Source of the DNA: the human T2T-CHM13v2.0 reference genome, Homo sapiens
Length of the DNA stretch: 64,000 nucleotides
Assembly (NCBI RefSeq): GCF_009914755.1
Contig: NC_060928.1
Direction: 5' to 3' (one strand)
Position 1 is the first letter of the stretch; each line of letters opens with the position of its first letter. The translations under genes were made by a program, and so were the position numbers. Shown here one piece after another: positions 15,973 to 30,939 of this stretch. The notes beneath the pieces were generated by a model, which had not been told where the DNA came from, searched no databases, and was given only the letters and a program-made list of their open reading frames with translations.

Positions 15973-18900
15973 TGTTACCCTGGTGCTTCTGAGTTCCTCT
16001 TCTTACTTACCACGGAGATTGCTTAAGAGTACTTGGGTGTCCTCCAGCATAGTTCCACGTTCTCCAACCATCACTCTGGCGATGCTTCAACCCGGGTTCA
16101 GGCCCCTACGTTGGACGCCACTTACCGAGACAAGCTCGGTTGTGGAGACCCCAACCCAGTGGTGCTAGAGGAATTGAAGCCAAAGACACAGAAATAGAGT
16201 GCAAAGTGAGAATCGGGGCTAACAGCCTTCAGAGCTGACAGCCACGAACAGAGTTTGACCCACATATTTATTGACAGCAAGGCAGTGATAAGCATTGCTT
16301 CTATAGATTATAGATTAACTAAAAGTATTCCTTACAGGAAACAAAGCTTTCTTAGTGAGGAGTAGAGAAACAGGCTCTGGCTGATTATCTGCAGCAAAAA
16401 TATATTGTTAAGGTACAGGCTGCTCCTGCCATTATTTGTAGTTTGAGCAGTTTTCCGCTCCGGGCGGGCCAGGTGTTCCTTGCCCTGCTGCAGTAAACCA
16501 ACAACTTCTAGCAGTATGTGTGATAGCCACCACGAGCTTGTCACATTGCTGCAGAAATCCTGTTTATGGCCAGTTTCTTTAAGGCCTGCTTATGACAGGC
16601 TTAGGGCTTGTTCCCAGCAAGGAGATGTTTTAATTTTCTCAAGCAATGAAACCACATTTGGTACAGCAGCTGCAGTTGGAATCACCACTTGGTTAAGCTT
16701 ACCATAATCCACTCTCATTCTCCAAGATCCATCTGTCTTCTGTACAGGACAAATAGGAGAGTTGAATGGGGATGTGTTGGGAATCACCACCCCTGCGACT
16801 TTCAAGTCCTTGATGGTGGCACTAATCTCCACAATCCCTACAGCGATGCGTTACTGTTTTTGTTTTACTATTTTTCCAGGTAGAAGCTCTAAAGCCTTCC
16901 ATTTGGCCTTTCCAACTATAATAGAACTTACCCTACCAGTCAGGGAGTCAATGTGGGGGCTCTGCCAGCTGCTAAGTATGTCTATGTCAATTGTGCATTC
17001 TGGCACTGGGGAAATGACCACAGGATGAGTCTGGTGACCCACTGGACCCACTGTAAGTTGGACCTGAGCTAAAACTCTATTAATTACCTGGCTTCCATGA
17101 GCACTTACTTTAACTGGAGGACCACAGTGAAGTTTGTGGACCCCTTAGAATCAACGTCAACTCAGAGCCAGTGTCCAGTAGTCCTCAAAATGTCTGAACT
17201 CTTTCCATTCTACAATGCACAGTTACCCTGGTAAAGGGCTGAAGGTCTCCTTGGGAAATGATTGGAGAAAGATTCACTGCAATAATTGTCAGTAATGTAG
17301 TGGGATCTTTCCTCAAGGGGACCCAGACTCCCCTTCATTCAAGGGGTTCTGGGTCTGTAAACAGGAACCCCAAGTCTGGAAATTGATTGAGGCCATGATT
17401 CTCTGTTTTTATAATTCAAATTACTCTTTCATCCCTTCCACCTAGAAGTTTTTTGCTTATATAAATTAAGTAGGAATGCAGTAAGCTTCCTATCAATTTC
17501 ACTTCTAGGAACACCATTGTTAATTAGCCAATGCTAGAGCTCTACACAAGTCAGACTATTCTGATTGCTGTTTTGTCTCTGCTGTCTATTATGGTAGCTA
17601 TGCCCACATTGGCTATGATGGTTGAGTGCTGCCTTTTGGCCCCTGGCACCTCGGGATCCATTTATTCCCATTGTATTTAAATTTTGTAGTTGAGTGACTG
17701 CAGTTCCCACTGTTAGATCTGACATACAGAAAAGAGCAATTACAGGGCACTTCAAAGATGCAGGTGCTGTCCTCACAAATCTATTTCACAAGGCATCAGT
17801 CAAGGGTATATCTCCTGGATCCTGCCAGCTGGGATGAGTAGATCTAAAGTGACTAATCCACTCCACCATCTCAATCTCCCTAAGCCTTTGGATCCCTTCC
17901 TGCATATTAAACCAAGGCAGATCAGGCATTTCCAGCTTGCTCACAGTGGGTGATCTTTTAATCCGTATTTCAGCTAACCAAGCAAATAAACTATTAGAAT
18001 TTTTTTAACTCCCCAAGCTGCAACATTAAATGTGGAGTCCTAACTTAGTGGGCCCAAATTAATAAATGCAGCCTGATCCAACTCTATGTTCCTTCCAACA
18101 TTATTTCACACCCTTAATATCCATTCCCATGCCTGTTCTCCAGGTTTCTGTTTATATAAATTAGAGAACTCAAGTGGGTCTTTTTGAGTATAGCACACCT
18201 CCTCATGGGTCACACTCTAACCTCACCTCTAGGGGTCCTTCAGGACTTTAGTCTAGTTATAGGTCTAGAAGCAAACAGGAGTGTTGGAAGTGGCTCCTGA
18301 GGAGAATCAACATTATCTTGCTTGGCAACTGCCTCAGAGGAGGCCACCACTGTTGCCTCAGTCAGCACAGGGTTTATCTCCTCAGACAAAGGTGAAAAAG
18401 CTGATGCCAGCACGGGTTGGAGAGGGGATGTTGCCACTACTGAGGATGGGGAAGCTGTTTCTTATGACAAAAAGGGTTCATCAGAGTTTACACTCAGTGT
18501 TCACAGCTTCAACAGGGTCCTCCTACACGTTCTTATTCCAAGTTGCAAGGTCCCATTCTTTTCTAATCAATGCCCTCACTTTAACAGTAGACACCTGGTG
18601 AGGCTATGCATGCACCCTTCATTGCAGGTCAGCCACTTGCATGATAAGAACTTGTGTCTGTTATTCCATAATTGCAGCTCTTTCCCTACTGAAGCTGGGA
18701 GATAGAATCTCTGAGTTCATCATTTTCTTTCATCACTTTGTCCACTGAACTTAGGAGCAACCAACTAACATCATTATTTCCTTGGTTCTCCACATATGGT
18801 CAAAGTTATTGTGTCACTAAATTCCTTGCCTCTCACGAGTGATGAATCAGGAGTGCCACATGCATTTATTTTGCATAACGCTCTAAACAGTTCATGTCAA

Positions 18901-19054
18901 GAACTATCAGTGTTCTCCCTACTATTAGACGTAAAGTCCTTAGCATTTTTGGGTCTAATCGTGTTAAGCAGCCAAGTCCAGAAACCTCCAAACCAATGAA
19001 AGAACTCCATCCTTAATATTATGTTCTTCTAGAACCACTTCTGGTACCAAAATC

Positions 19055-19548
19055 TATATTAGTCAGGGTTCTCTAGAGGAACAGAACTAATGGAATATAT
19101 ATTCCACTTTATATGTATATGTACATTTCTATATATATCTCATACATATGTAACCCATGTATATGGGAGTTTATTAAGTATTAAAGCGTACATTCACAAG
19201 GTCCCACAATAGGCAGTCTGGAGGTTGAGGAACAAAGAGAGCCAGTCTGAATTCCAAAACTGAAGAACTTGGGAGTCCAGTGTTCAAGGGCAGAAAGCAT
19301 TCAGCATGGGAGAAAGATGTAGGCTAGGAGGCTAAACCAGTCTCTCTTTTCACATTTTTCTGCTTGCTTATATTCCAGCCATGCTGCCAACTGATTAGAT
19401 TGTGCCCACCCAGATTAAGGGTGGTTCTGCCTTTCCCAACCTGATTCAAATGTTAATCTCCTTTGGCAACAGTCTTACAGACACACCCAGGATCAATACT
19501 TTGTATCCTTCAATCTAATCAAGTTGACACTTGGTATTAACCATCACA
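19055..19548 (-). mobile_element. MLT2A 5' LTR of HERV-L
   Basis: Homologous to 5220-5713, ends ...tattaaccatcaca, and lies next to the PBS. Confidence 0.92.
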
Positions 19549-19955
19549 AATGGATAAAGAAAATGTTTTGAATATGCCCCATGGAATAATATGCAGCCAC
19601 ATAAAATAACGAGGTCATGTCATTTGCAGCCACATGGATGCAGTTGAAGGCCATTATTCTATGTGAATTTTTACAAAAAAAGAAAACCAAATACTGCATG
19701 TTATCACTTATAAGTGGGAGCTAAACACTGGGTACACACAGACACAAATGGAGAACAAGACATGGGACTAGAAGGGGAAGGAGTGAGGAAGAAAGGCAGG
19801 AGTTGAAAAACTACCTATTGGGTATTATACTCACTACCTGTGTGACAGGATCAGTCATATCCCAAATCTCAGCATCATGCAATGTAGCCAAGTCATAAAC
19901 CTGCACGTGTACCCCTTGAATCTAAAATGAAAGATATACATAAATAAATAAATAA
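19549..19955 (+). mobile_element. Old L1 (L1PA15/16-L1PB-like) 3' end, right part, with a (TAAA)n tail
   Basis: aatggataaagaaaatg... ttatcacttataagtgggagctaaac ... aacctgcacgtgtaccccttgaatctaaaat. Confidence 0.85.
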
Positions 19956-22257
19956 GGTACTTATATTTTAGGTAGACTGTAGTAACTCTAGAAAAGCAAG
20001 TGATTCTTCTAGGGGAAAAACTATACCATGCCAAATCAATTAAAAAATTATTTTAAATGGATGAAGGAGGATTTAAATGAAAAGCAGAAGGCGCCATAAT
20101 TGCAGAGAAGGGAAAACAATTCTGAACTGTCAGCACTTTCTTTCCTTGGAACATATGATGTTTCTGAATACAAGTTAAATATCAGTCTTGGCCAACCCAG
20201 TTAGAGTTCCTCTATTGAGAAAAGAGAAACCTGAAGACCCCTTAGTGCCTAGAAAAGATTAGATTGATAAATTTTAAATTAAGGGATATCAAACTCAGTA
20301 TCAGTTTTTCTTATGCCACATTTGTTGAGTTTACATCCTTTGAGGGAGGCTGAGGAGGCAGGGTGAAGCTCTTAAGGCAGAAATTTCTATAATCCTGTTG
20401 TACTTGGGAAACAAAGATCGAATGGAAAGAAGGCTTGTCTCAAGCACATGTGCTGCCTCCCCTTTAAAACATTTACCTGGTTTTGAATAAGCTTGGGACA
20501 TAGGCTAGAGGACTGAGATTTGAAGCTCTGAGTACCAGAAATCAATCATTTACTGTATTTCAAAGCTGAGAAAATAGAGTTATTCTGGCTCTTGAGAGAA
20601 ATTCTGTAGAGTATCTGAGTCTTACTAAAACTACACTTTTTTGCCTAATTTAATTTAAAATGTGCTGAAGTTGTCAGTTACTCAGCCCTTTTTCAAAACA
20701 GAAGATGGAAACTTCCTAAGTCGAAAGCAATACCACCTAAAGCTTCTACTGCTTTATTAAATAGAACATAAAGCATACAATAAAAACTGCACATAGCAAA
20801 AGCAAAAAGTTATGGACAATAACACAAAGAAAAAACAACAAAGATAGAAAAAAGAAGCCAGAAGCTAAGAGATGATCTATAGAGTCAAAAAGGTGATAAC
20901 ACACACACAAAAATCCCACTGTTAGAGAAAATGAAAGAAAAATGAACAAATTACATGAGGGAAGATAGATTCATTTCACCAGAAAATCTGATTCTATAGA
21001 TTTCACTTGCTATGTATATATTTGATAACAAAATATGTAAAGAAATCAGTAAATCATTTGAATTATAGGCCTCATAGTTAAAAATACTGGATTAGTTAAC
21101 TAGAAGAAGAGATAATGAAAAACATCTCAACTGACAGAACAAAACATTTAAAAAATAGTATAAGTAATAATTACACCATATTAAAAAGCCTAAAACCCAT
21201 AAAATAGGGACCAATTTGTGGAAAACAAAGAGAATTGAATAAAAGTTATGTAAAAACATACAATGCCTGAGAATTTTCTAAAAGTATGGAATGATATCAT
21301 CCCATTCAAGCAGCTCACTGAATTCCAACAGGATAAACACAAAGAAAACACACCTGGTCATAGTAAGACTGTTGAAAACCAGAGACACCGAGAAATCTTA
21401 TAAACAGCCATAGAAAGAAGGCCTATATTTTAAAAGACAGCATGATAAGATTGATGGGTGGCCTCAAAAAATGAAGTGCAGAAGACAACGGAATAAAAAT
21501 TGTATGCCATAAATATAAACTATTGACCTAGTTACTTGTTCTTCAGGTAGAGTAAGTAACTAGGTCAGCAGTTATATTTAAGAGCAAGACATCATCAGGA
21601 AATGTGAATGTGAAGATGGCAATGAAGTACACAAGGTAGAGTAAATTTGTGGGTATATATAATAAAAATTAACTGCAAAAATCAATATTAATAATATCTT
21701 ATAGATTCTAAAACATATGCAAAACAAAAATGCAAAATACCACAAAAGTTGGGAGGCATGTAAGTACACAAAAGGTTCTAAGTTTCCAGTAGTAATAAGA
21801 AATGGTGAATTAATGATATATATTATATTATATTATATTAATGTGAGGATGCATGATTCAATTTCTAGTGGGACCATTAAAATAATAAAAAATATAAATA
21901 TAAGACACAGAAAAATTATAATAAATATTTGATGACTATAAATACAGGCAAGAAAGAAGGGAAGCAAACAAGACATTTGTAAAAATAAGCAAACATAACT
22001 GGTAGATATAAGACCTATGTAAAATAGACTAAATAAAGCAAACAATTTTGAGATATTTCACAATGAAATAAGTGTGCTAGCATTTTGCTGCTTATAAGAC
22101 ATGTAATTTTAAAATAACAACACAGAGCATGAAAGTGTGTGAAAATTTTTATGCCTTGCAAATTTTAACCATAAGAAGATGGAATTCTACTAATATTAGA
22201 TAATTAAGGATTTATGGAAAGAAGCAAGAATAGAAATGAGAAAATATGTTGCAACAT

Positions 22258-22602
22258 ATCATTCCCCCTCATCCAGTTTCACTTTCTGTGGTTTTGCTTT
22301 CTGTGATTTCAGTTACCCACCGTTAACCAAGTGAAGAAAGATGAGTACATTGTAAGAAGATATTTTGTGAGAGAGAGGGAAAGAGACCACAGTCACATAA
22401 TTTTTATTGCAGCAATTTGTTAAAATGTTCTATTTTATTATTAGTTGTTATTGTTAATCTGTCAGTGTGATAACTTATAAATTAAAACAATCATACATAC
22501 AGGGAAAAAACATAGTATATACAGGGGTCCATACTTTCCCCAATTCAGGCACCCACTGGGGCTTTTGGAACATATCCCATGTGGATAAACTGGGTCTACT
22601 GT
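22258..22602 (+). mobile_element. MER44-like (Tigger7) non-autonomous DNA transposon
   Basis: ccccctcatcc..ttttgctttctgtgatttcagttacccaccg start and ggataaactgggtctactgta end. Confidence 0.7.
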
Positions 22603-22778
22603 ATTTATCTGCAAACATAACTTTAACATATATGGGGAAAATTTGAAAATAGACAAATTCACAATCATAGAGATTAACCCACTTCCTCAACAGTGGTTGA
22701 AGAAGCAGAGAAAAATCTCTTAAGAAGAGAAGATCTTCAATATATAATTGTAAACTTGATCATCTTATATGTATAGTA

Positions 22779-24061
22779 CAAAAAGACTTCAAAATTTTCA
22801 CGGAAAATGGAATAAAAAGATAAAAAGTATAAACTTTATTTCTCAACATAAGCTCTATCAAGGTCAAGACAGTTTTGTAAGTGATGATAGCAGCCATGTA
22901 GTCCATCCCTGAAGAACAGAAGGTCCTGAGATTTTAACCATGTCAAGGCAATCTTTTTTACATTATTAACTGAAGGAAAAATAGGTGTCCTTTAAATATT
23001 TTGTTAAGATTAGGAAACAAAAACAAGTCAGAAGAAGTCATATCAGGACTATAAGGTAGATGCCTAACTTTCTTACTGAAACTGTCAGAAAATTGCTCTT
23101 GTTTGATGAGATGAGTAAAAGCACTGTCATGGTGGAGAAGGACTCTCTGGTGAAGTTCTTCTGGATGTTGTTTTCTGCTAAAGTCTTGGCTAACACTCTC
23201 ATAATAAGCAGATGTTATTGTTCTTTGGCCCTACAGAAGGTCAACAAGGAAAATGACTTGAGTAACCCAAAAAAACTGTTGCCATGGCCTTTGCTCTTGA
23301 CCAATCTGCTTTTGCTTTGACAGGATCACTTCCACTTCTTGGTAGCCAGTGATTTGTGCTTTGTCTTCAGGATCACACTGGTAAAACTGTTCATCTTCTG
23401 TTACAATTCTTCAAAAAAATGCTTCAGGTTCTTCATTCCTTTTGTTTAAAATTTCCATTGGAATTTCTGCTCTTGTCTGCAGCTCATCTGGGTGCAATGG
23501 TTTTGGCAGCCATTGACTGGAGTGTAAAATTTCCTCAGTTTTAATGTTTGAGTCAGATTTGCATAAGGTGCACCAAACGAGACATCTATAGTGCTCGCCA
23601 TTTTTTCTGCTGTTAATCATTGGTACTTTTCAATTAGGGCATGGACAAGATGAGTTTTTTTTTTTTTTTTTTTCCATGCAAACTGATGTGGATGGTCTGC
23701 TGCTGTGGGCTTCATCTGCAATATCATCTTTTCCCTTCTTAAAATACATTTGTCCACTTGTAAACTGCTGATTTATTTGAGACATCATCCCCATAAACTT
23801 TTCACAAAGCATCAATTATTTCACCGTTTTTACACTCAAGCTTCACAATAAATTGGAAGTTTGTTCTTGCTTTAATTTTATCAGAATTCATGTTGCTCTG
23901 ATAGAGGCTCTTTTCATACCGATGTCTTAGTGCTTGAAACTAGATCCTCTTAAGGCATGTTCTAACAAGTTAATATGAGTGTATTTTGGTGCAAAAAATC
24001 TTGAAATCCATGTGTAGTTTTTTCAAAATACACATTTTAATGAACTTTTTGAAGACCCTTA
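22779..24061 (-). mobile_element. Near full-length Hsmar2 mariner with a decayed transposase
   Basis: ~1.3 kb with degenerate TIRs (caaaaagacttcaaaattttcacggaaaatg / cattttaatgaactttttgaagaccctt) and TA at the left end. Minus-strand fragments FKKGKDDIADEAHSSRPSTS and WLPKPLHPDELQTR. Confidence 0.85.
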
Positions 24062-24927
24062 ACATGTGTGTGTGTTCACAGTTGTGAACTTGAATATATG
24101 TAATATATCAGTGTGCCCCAAACTGACAAAACTCACTTTAGTTCAACTTCATATGGTCTGTTTAATGCAATAAACAATGTATTTAGCCAAAATATGTCTC
24201 AATAAGTTTTGTAAGTTTGAAATGATGAACAATGTTTTTTCTATCTACAATAAGATTAAGTGGTAAGTCAACAGCATTAAAGATAATGCTTCCAATTCCT
24301 TGGAAATGACAGATTCCATTTCTAATTAATATATAGGTAAAGAAGAAATCAGAATGGAAACCATAATTTTTTAACTAAGGTATAAGTATGCACAACATAT
24401 GGAAACACCATAGGATTAAACTAAAGCAGTGGTTTAAGGAAAATGTATAGCCATATATATACTTTAAAAAAATACTGAAAAAATACCAATGATTTAACTT
24501 TTCTTGTCGAGAAGTCAGGAAAATAACATATTAAGTCTGAGAAAATTAGAAATATAGCCATAATAAAACTAGGAGAAGAAACAACAAAATATGAAACAAA
24601 TGCAAAATATTGAAAATAAATGAAAGCAAAATTTAATCAAATACACTTTGAAACATAAAAGTTTAAAAACTTATGAAAACATGAGCTAAAACAATAGCAG
24701 AAATGAAAAGAGAACACCATAACACAGCCTATACAATTTTTGGAAGGAACAACATTTAGCAAATAAATTTGACAATTTTGATAAAGAAGTTTATTGAACA
24801 AACCAAGATACTAGCCGACATTAACAATAAACGTTAAAGACACTAAAGAATCAGCATTACAAAGAATTAGCCAGTCTCAGGTAAGTGAATTTTTCCAAAA
24901 ATAAAGAAATGTGCATCATTTTTAAAA

Positions 24928-26447
24928 ACTTTTATTTTAATGTCCAGGGCAAAAATGCAGATTTGTTACACAGGTAAACTTGTGTTACGGGGGTTTGTTG
25001 TACAGATTATTTCATCACCCAGGTATTAAGCCTAGTACCTATTAGTTATTTTTCCTGATCTTCTCTCTCTTCCCTCCCTTCATCCTCAAGTCGTCCCCAG
25101 TGTCTGTTGTTCCCCTCCTTGTGTCCATGTGTTTTCATCATTTTGCTCCTACTTATAAATGAGAACATGCAGTATTTGGTTTTCTGTTCCTGTGTTAGTT
25201 GCAAAGGGTAATGGCCTCCAGCTCCAACCATGGCCCTGCAAAGGACATGATCTCATTTTTTTTAATGGCTTCATAGTATTCCATAATGCATATGCACTGC
25301 ATTTTCTTTATCCAATCTATCATTGATGGGCATTTGGGTTGATTCCATGTCTTGCTATTGTGAATATTGCTGCAATGAGGATACATGTGCATGTATCTTT
25401 GTAATAGGATAATTATATTCCTTTGGGAATATACCCAGTAATGGGACTGCTGGGTCAAATGGTATTTCTGTCTTTAGGTCTTTCAAGAATCGCCACACTG
25501 CCTTCCACAATAGCTGAACTAACTTACACTCCCACCAACAGTGTATAAGCATTCCTTTTCCTCCATAACCTTGTCAGTATCCGTTATTTTCTGACCTTTC
25601 AAATAATAGCCATTCTGACTGGCATGAGATGGTGACTCATTGTGGTTTTAACTTGTATTTCTGTAATGATCAGTGACGTTGAGCTTTTTTTCATATGCTT
25701 GCTGGCCGCATGTATGTCATCTTTTGAAGTGTCTGTTCATGTCCTTTGCACACTTTTTTATGTTTTTTTTCTTGTAAATTTATTTAAGTTCCTTATAGGT
25801 GCTGTATAGCAGACCTTCATCAGGGCATAGTTTGCAAAACATTTCTCACATTCTGTAGGCTGTCTGTTTGTTCTGTTGATACTTTCTTTTTGCTGTGCAG
25901 AAGCTCTTTAGTTTAATTAGATTCCATTTGTCAATTTTTACTTTTGTTGCAGTTGCTTTTGGCATCTTCATCATGAAATCTTTGCCTGTGTCTATGTGCT
26001 GAATGGTATTGATTAAGCTGTCTTCCGAGGTTTTTATAGTTTTGGGTCTTACATTTACGTACTTAATCCATCTGAAGTTAATTTTTGTATATGGTGTAAG
26101 GAAGGGATCCAGTTTCAATCTTCTGCATATGGCTAGCCAGTTTCTCCCAGCACCATTTATTGAATAGGGAATCCTGCCAAAGATCAAATAGTTGTAAGTG
26201 CATGGTCTTACTACTGAGTTCTCTATTCTGTTCCATTGGTCTATGTGTCTGTTTTTATACTAGTTCATGGTGTTTAGGTTACTGTAGTATAGTTTGTGGT
26301 CAGGTAGTGTGATGCCTCCAGGTTTGTTCTTTTTGCTTAGGATTGCCTTGACTATTCGGGCTCTTTTTATTTTTGGCTCTATATGAATTTTAAAATAGTT
26401 TTCTCTAGTTCTGTGAAGAATGTCAATAGTAGTTTAATAGGAATAAT
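24928..26447 (-). mobile_element. 5'-truncated L1PA (mid-age), ORF2 end and 3'UTR
   Basis: Minus-strand ORFs [20 protein letters not shown] and HCWWECKLVQLLWKAVWRFLK. Confidence 0.88.
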
Positions 26448-26749
26448 ACTATTTTTAAAAGCACCCCAAACCCAAAGTACTTAGGTAGAAATCTTAAAAA
26501 TATAAATATATTCAGAATCTATATGCAGAAATAAACCAAATGCTGATTACTGAAATCAAATATCTAAGCACATAGAGATATAGTTCATATTCATTGATCA
26601 TAAGATTCACTATTGTTAAAATGTCAGTTCTTCCCAACATGATCTACAGATTCATTGTTTTCTCAGCCAAAAATCACATCAAGGTTTCTAGAGATACAAA
26701 CTGATCCTAAGGAGTACTCAGAAAATAAAAAACCTAAACAACCACCCAA

Positions 26750-27705
26750 CATACTTGTATTACTGAAGTCAGAATTACTTATTTTAATATTATATATCAT
26801 TAATAAATTTTTTGTTATAGTTAATATTTTTGTCTAACTTTTATATTAGAGTTAACATTAATTTATGCACCAACATTAGTGTCACTACTGTGTGTCTATA
26901 TATTACATTTACTGGTAAAATACCCTTTTATATGCAAAATCATTAGCATAATTTTGTTCCCATTTTAAAAACTCTCAAGTTTTTCTCGTAAGGAAGGTCT
27001 GGTAACGATTCTGTCAGTGTTTGTTTGGCAGAAGATTTTACCTCTCCTTCATTTTAAAAGATTGTTTTGCTGGGTATAGTGTTTATGATTGGCAGTTTGT
27101 TTCTTTTCATTAAGTACTTTGTATAGATTATCCCACTCTCTCTTGAACTGCAAGATTTCTCCTGAGAAATCAGTTGATAATCTCACAGAGGTTTGCATAT
27201 TACAAATTGCTTTTCTCTTGCTACTTTCAAAATTCTGTCTGCTTTTGACTTTTGCCAACTTAATTGTAATGTGTCTTGGTGTAAACATTTTTATGTTCAA
27301 CATATGTGGAATCATTTGGGCTTCTTGGATCTTTGATCTTCTAAGATGTCCGTTTTCTTCTCCAGATTAGGTAAGTTTTCAGTCATTATTTATTTTAATA
27401 AACTTCCTGCCCCTTTGTATTCTCTGGGTAAACTTCTATTATGCATATATTGCGTCACTTAATAATGTCACATAACTCCACTTCCTTCTCCTTTCTATTC
27501 TCTGGGGAAACTTCTATTATGCATATATTGCTTCACTTGATAATGGCACATATATCCCATAGGCTTTCTTCACTATTTTTCATTCTTTTCTTCTCTTTTC
27601 TCTTCTGACTATATAATGTCAAATGACGTTGCTTTTAGTTCACTATTTTTTTCTTCTGCTTGACTGAGTCTACTGTTGAAACTCTTTATTGCACTTTCTA
27701 TTACA

Positions 27706-27752
<47 letters not shown>

Positions 27753-28300
27753 GAGAAAGGGTCTTGCTCTGTTACCCAGGCTGGAATGCAGTGGTATAAT
27801 CATGGCTCATTGCAGCCATGACCTCCTGGATTCAAGCGATCCTCCAACCTCAGCCTCCTGAGTAGCTGGAAACACAGGTATGCACTGCCATGCCCACCTA
27901 ATTTTTTAAAAATTTGGTAGAGACAGAGTCTCACTATGTTTCCCAGGCTATTAACTGTATGACCTCCAAAAACGGGCTCTTTTATGATTTTTAACTCTTT
28001 TTTAAACCTCTAATTTTGTTTATGTGTTGTTGTGTTGAAATTGCTGATTTGTCTTTTTGTGTTATAGCTTGCTGAGCTTCTTTAAAGCAATAATTTTGAA
28101 TTATTTTTGGCAACTCAGATCTCCATTTCTTTATGGTTTATTAGCAGAAATTTGTGTTCCTTTGGTATTGTATGAATACTTTTTTGTGTTCCTTGTAGCC
28201 TTGTCTTAGTGTTTGATCATCTGAAGAAGGTGGCTCCTCTTCCAGACTTTACAGACTAGCTTTAGCAGAAAAAAGCCTTAACCTGTAAAAAGGCTTGAGG
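26750..28300 (-). mobile_element. Old L1M ORF1-region fragment carrying (TG)n (27709-27751) and a partial AluJ-like element (27752-27950)
   Basis: Minus-strand TPRHITIKLAKVK..VRLSTDFSGEILQFKREWD, and Alu right-arm sequence. Confidence 0.7.
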
Positions 28301-28489
28301 GCAACAACTTTATGGGTTTTGTGGTGGTTCCAGGTGCAGAGGGGCATGACAATGCTGGTCCTGTGGGAGAACATGGGAGCTATTTCCAGGGGTTGCACAG
28401 AGATGTCAGTTGGCGGGGTTGGGTTAAGGCCCAGGGCTATGAAAACAGGGAGGTATTATGGCATAGGCTCCACATGGCTCCAGCAGAAT

Positions 28490-29060
28490 CTAGTCGGAGA
28501 CAGTCTCAGACGGAGATGAAGAACTTGTTGGGAACTGGAGCAAAGGTGACCCTTTTTATGTTTTAGCAAAGAGACTGGTGGCATTTTATTCCTACCCTTC
28601 AGAATTGTGGAACTTTGAACTTGGAAAAGATCATTTAGGGTATCCAGCAGAAGAAATTTCTTAGCAGCAAAGTGTTCAAGAGCTGACTTGGGTGCTGTTA
28701 CAGGCATTCAGTTTTAAAAGGGAAGCAGAGCATAAAAGTTTGGAGAGTTTGCACCCTGACAATGTGATAAAAAAGGAAATCCCATTTTCTGAGGAAAAAT
28801 TTAAGCTGACTGCAGAAATTTGCATAACAAGGAGCTGAATCTTAATCACCAAAACAACAAGAAAAATGTCTCCAGGGCATGTTAGAGACCTACACAGCAG
28901 CCCCTCTAATCACAGGCCCAGAGGACTAAGAGAAAAAAATGGCATCATTGGTTGGGCCTAGAGTCCCTCTGCTGTTTGCAGTATAAGCATTTGGTGCTCT
29001 GCTTCCCATCTGCTCCAGCCATGGCTAAAAGGGGTGAAAGTAGAGCTCAGGCCATGGCTT
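28490..29060 (+). mobile_element. MaLR (THE1/MST) internal fragment without LTRs
   Basis: gtctcagacggagatgaagaacttgttgggaactggagcaaagg ... cagcataaaagtttgga-like sequence is typical of THE1-int. Confidence 0.75.
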
Positions 29061-29064
29061 ACAG

Positions 29065-30820
<1,756 letters not shown>

Positions 30821-30939
30821 AATTCAACACCAAATTTGAATTGTTGAAGCCAGAGTATGGACTTAAGTAGTTTGTGTTTATGACATATGTTATCTATATA
30901 TTCCTTATACAAACATACATGCCACTTTCTCATGTGAAA

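Larger units (their letters stand above)
8852..16619 (-). mobile_element. HERV-K(HML-3)/HERVK9 provirus with MER9-type LTRs, inserted into the HERV-L RT; 6-bp TSD AGGAGA (8846-8851 / 16620-16625)
   Basis: LTRs at 8852-9350 and 16123-16619, a Lys-tRNA PBS TGGCGTCCAACGTAGGGGC at 16120-16102, a PPT at ~9351-9370, and betaretroviral gag/dUTPase-pro/pol/env remnants. Confidence 0.92.
5220..19548 (-). mobile_element. HERV-L provirus with two MLT2A LTRs and degraded gag, pol and dUTPase; 5-bp TSD AATGG (5215-5219 / 19549-19553)
   Basis: Paired LTRs at 5220-5713 and 19055-19548. Leu-type PBS (TGGTACCAGAAGTGG on - strand, ~19035-19049) and PPT at 5714-5725. ERVL gag at ~17250-18990, RT/RNaseH/IN fragments in the ORF track ([30 protein letters not shown]), and dUTPase after IN (VPEGGMLPPG). 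Confidence 0.93.
20600..24900 (+). mobile_element. Highly degraded L1M (ORF1-ORF2 region), interrupted by MER44 and Hsmar2
   Basis: A-rich + strand with L1-like phrases (ataaacacaaagaaaacacacctgg, aaatagacaaattcacaatcatag, aaagcagtggtttaaggaaaatgtatagc). Confidence 0.6.
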
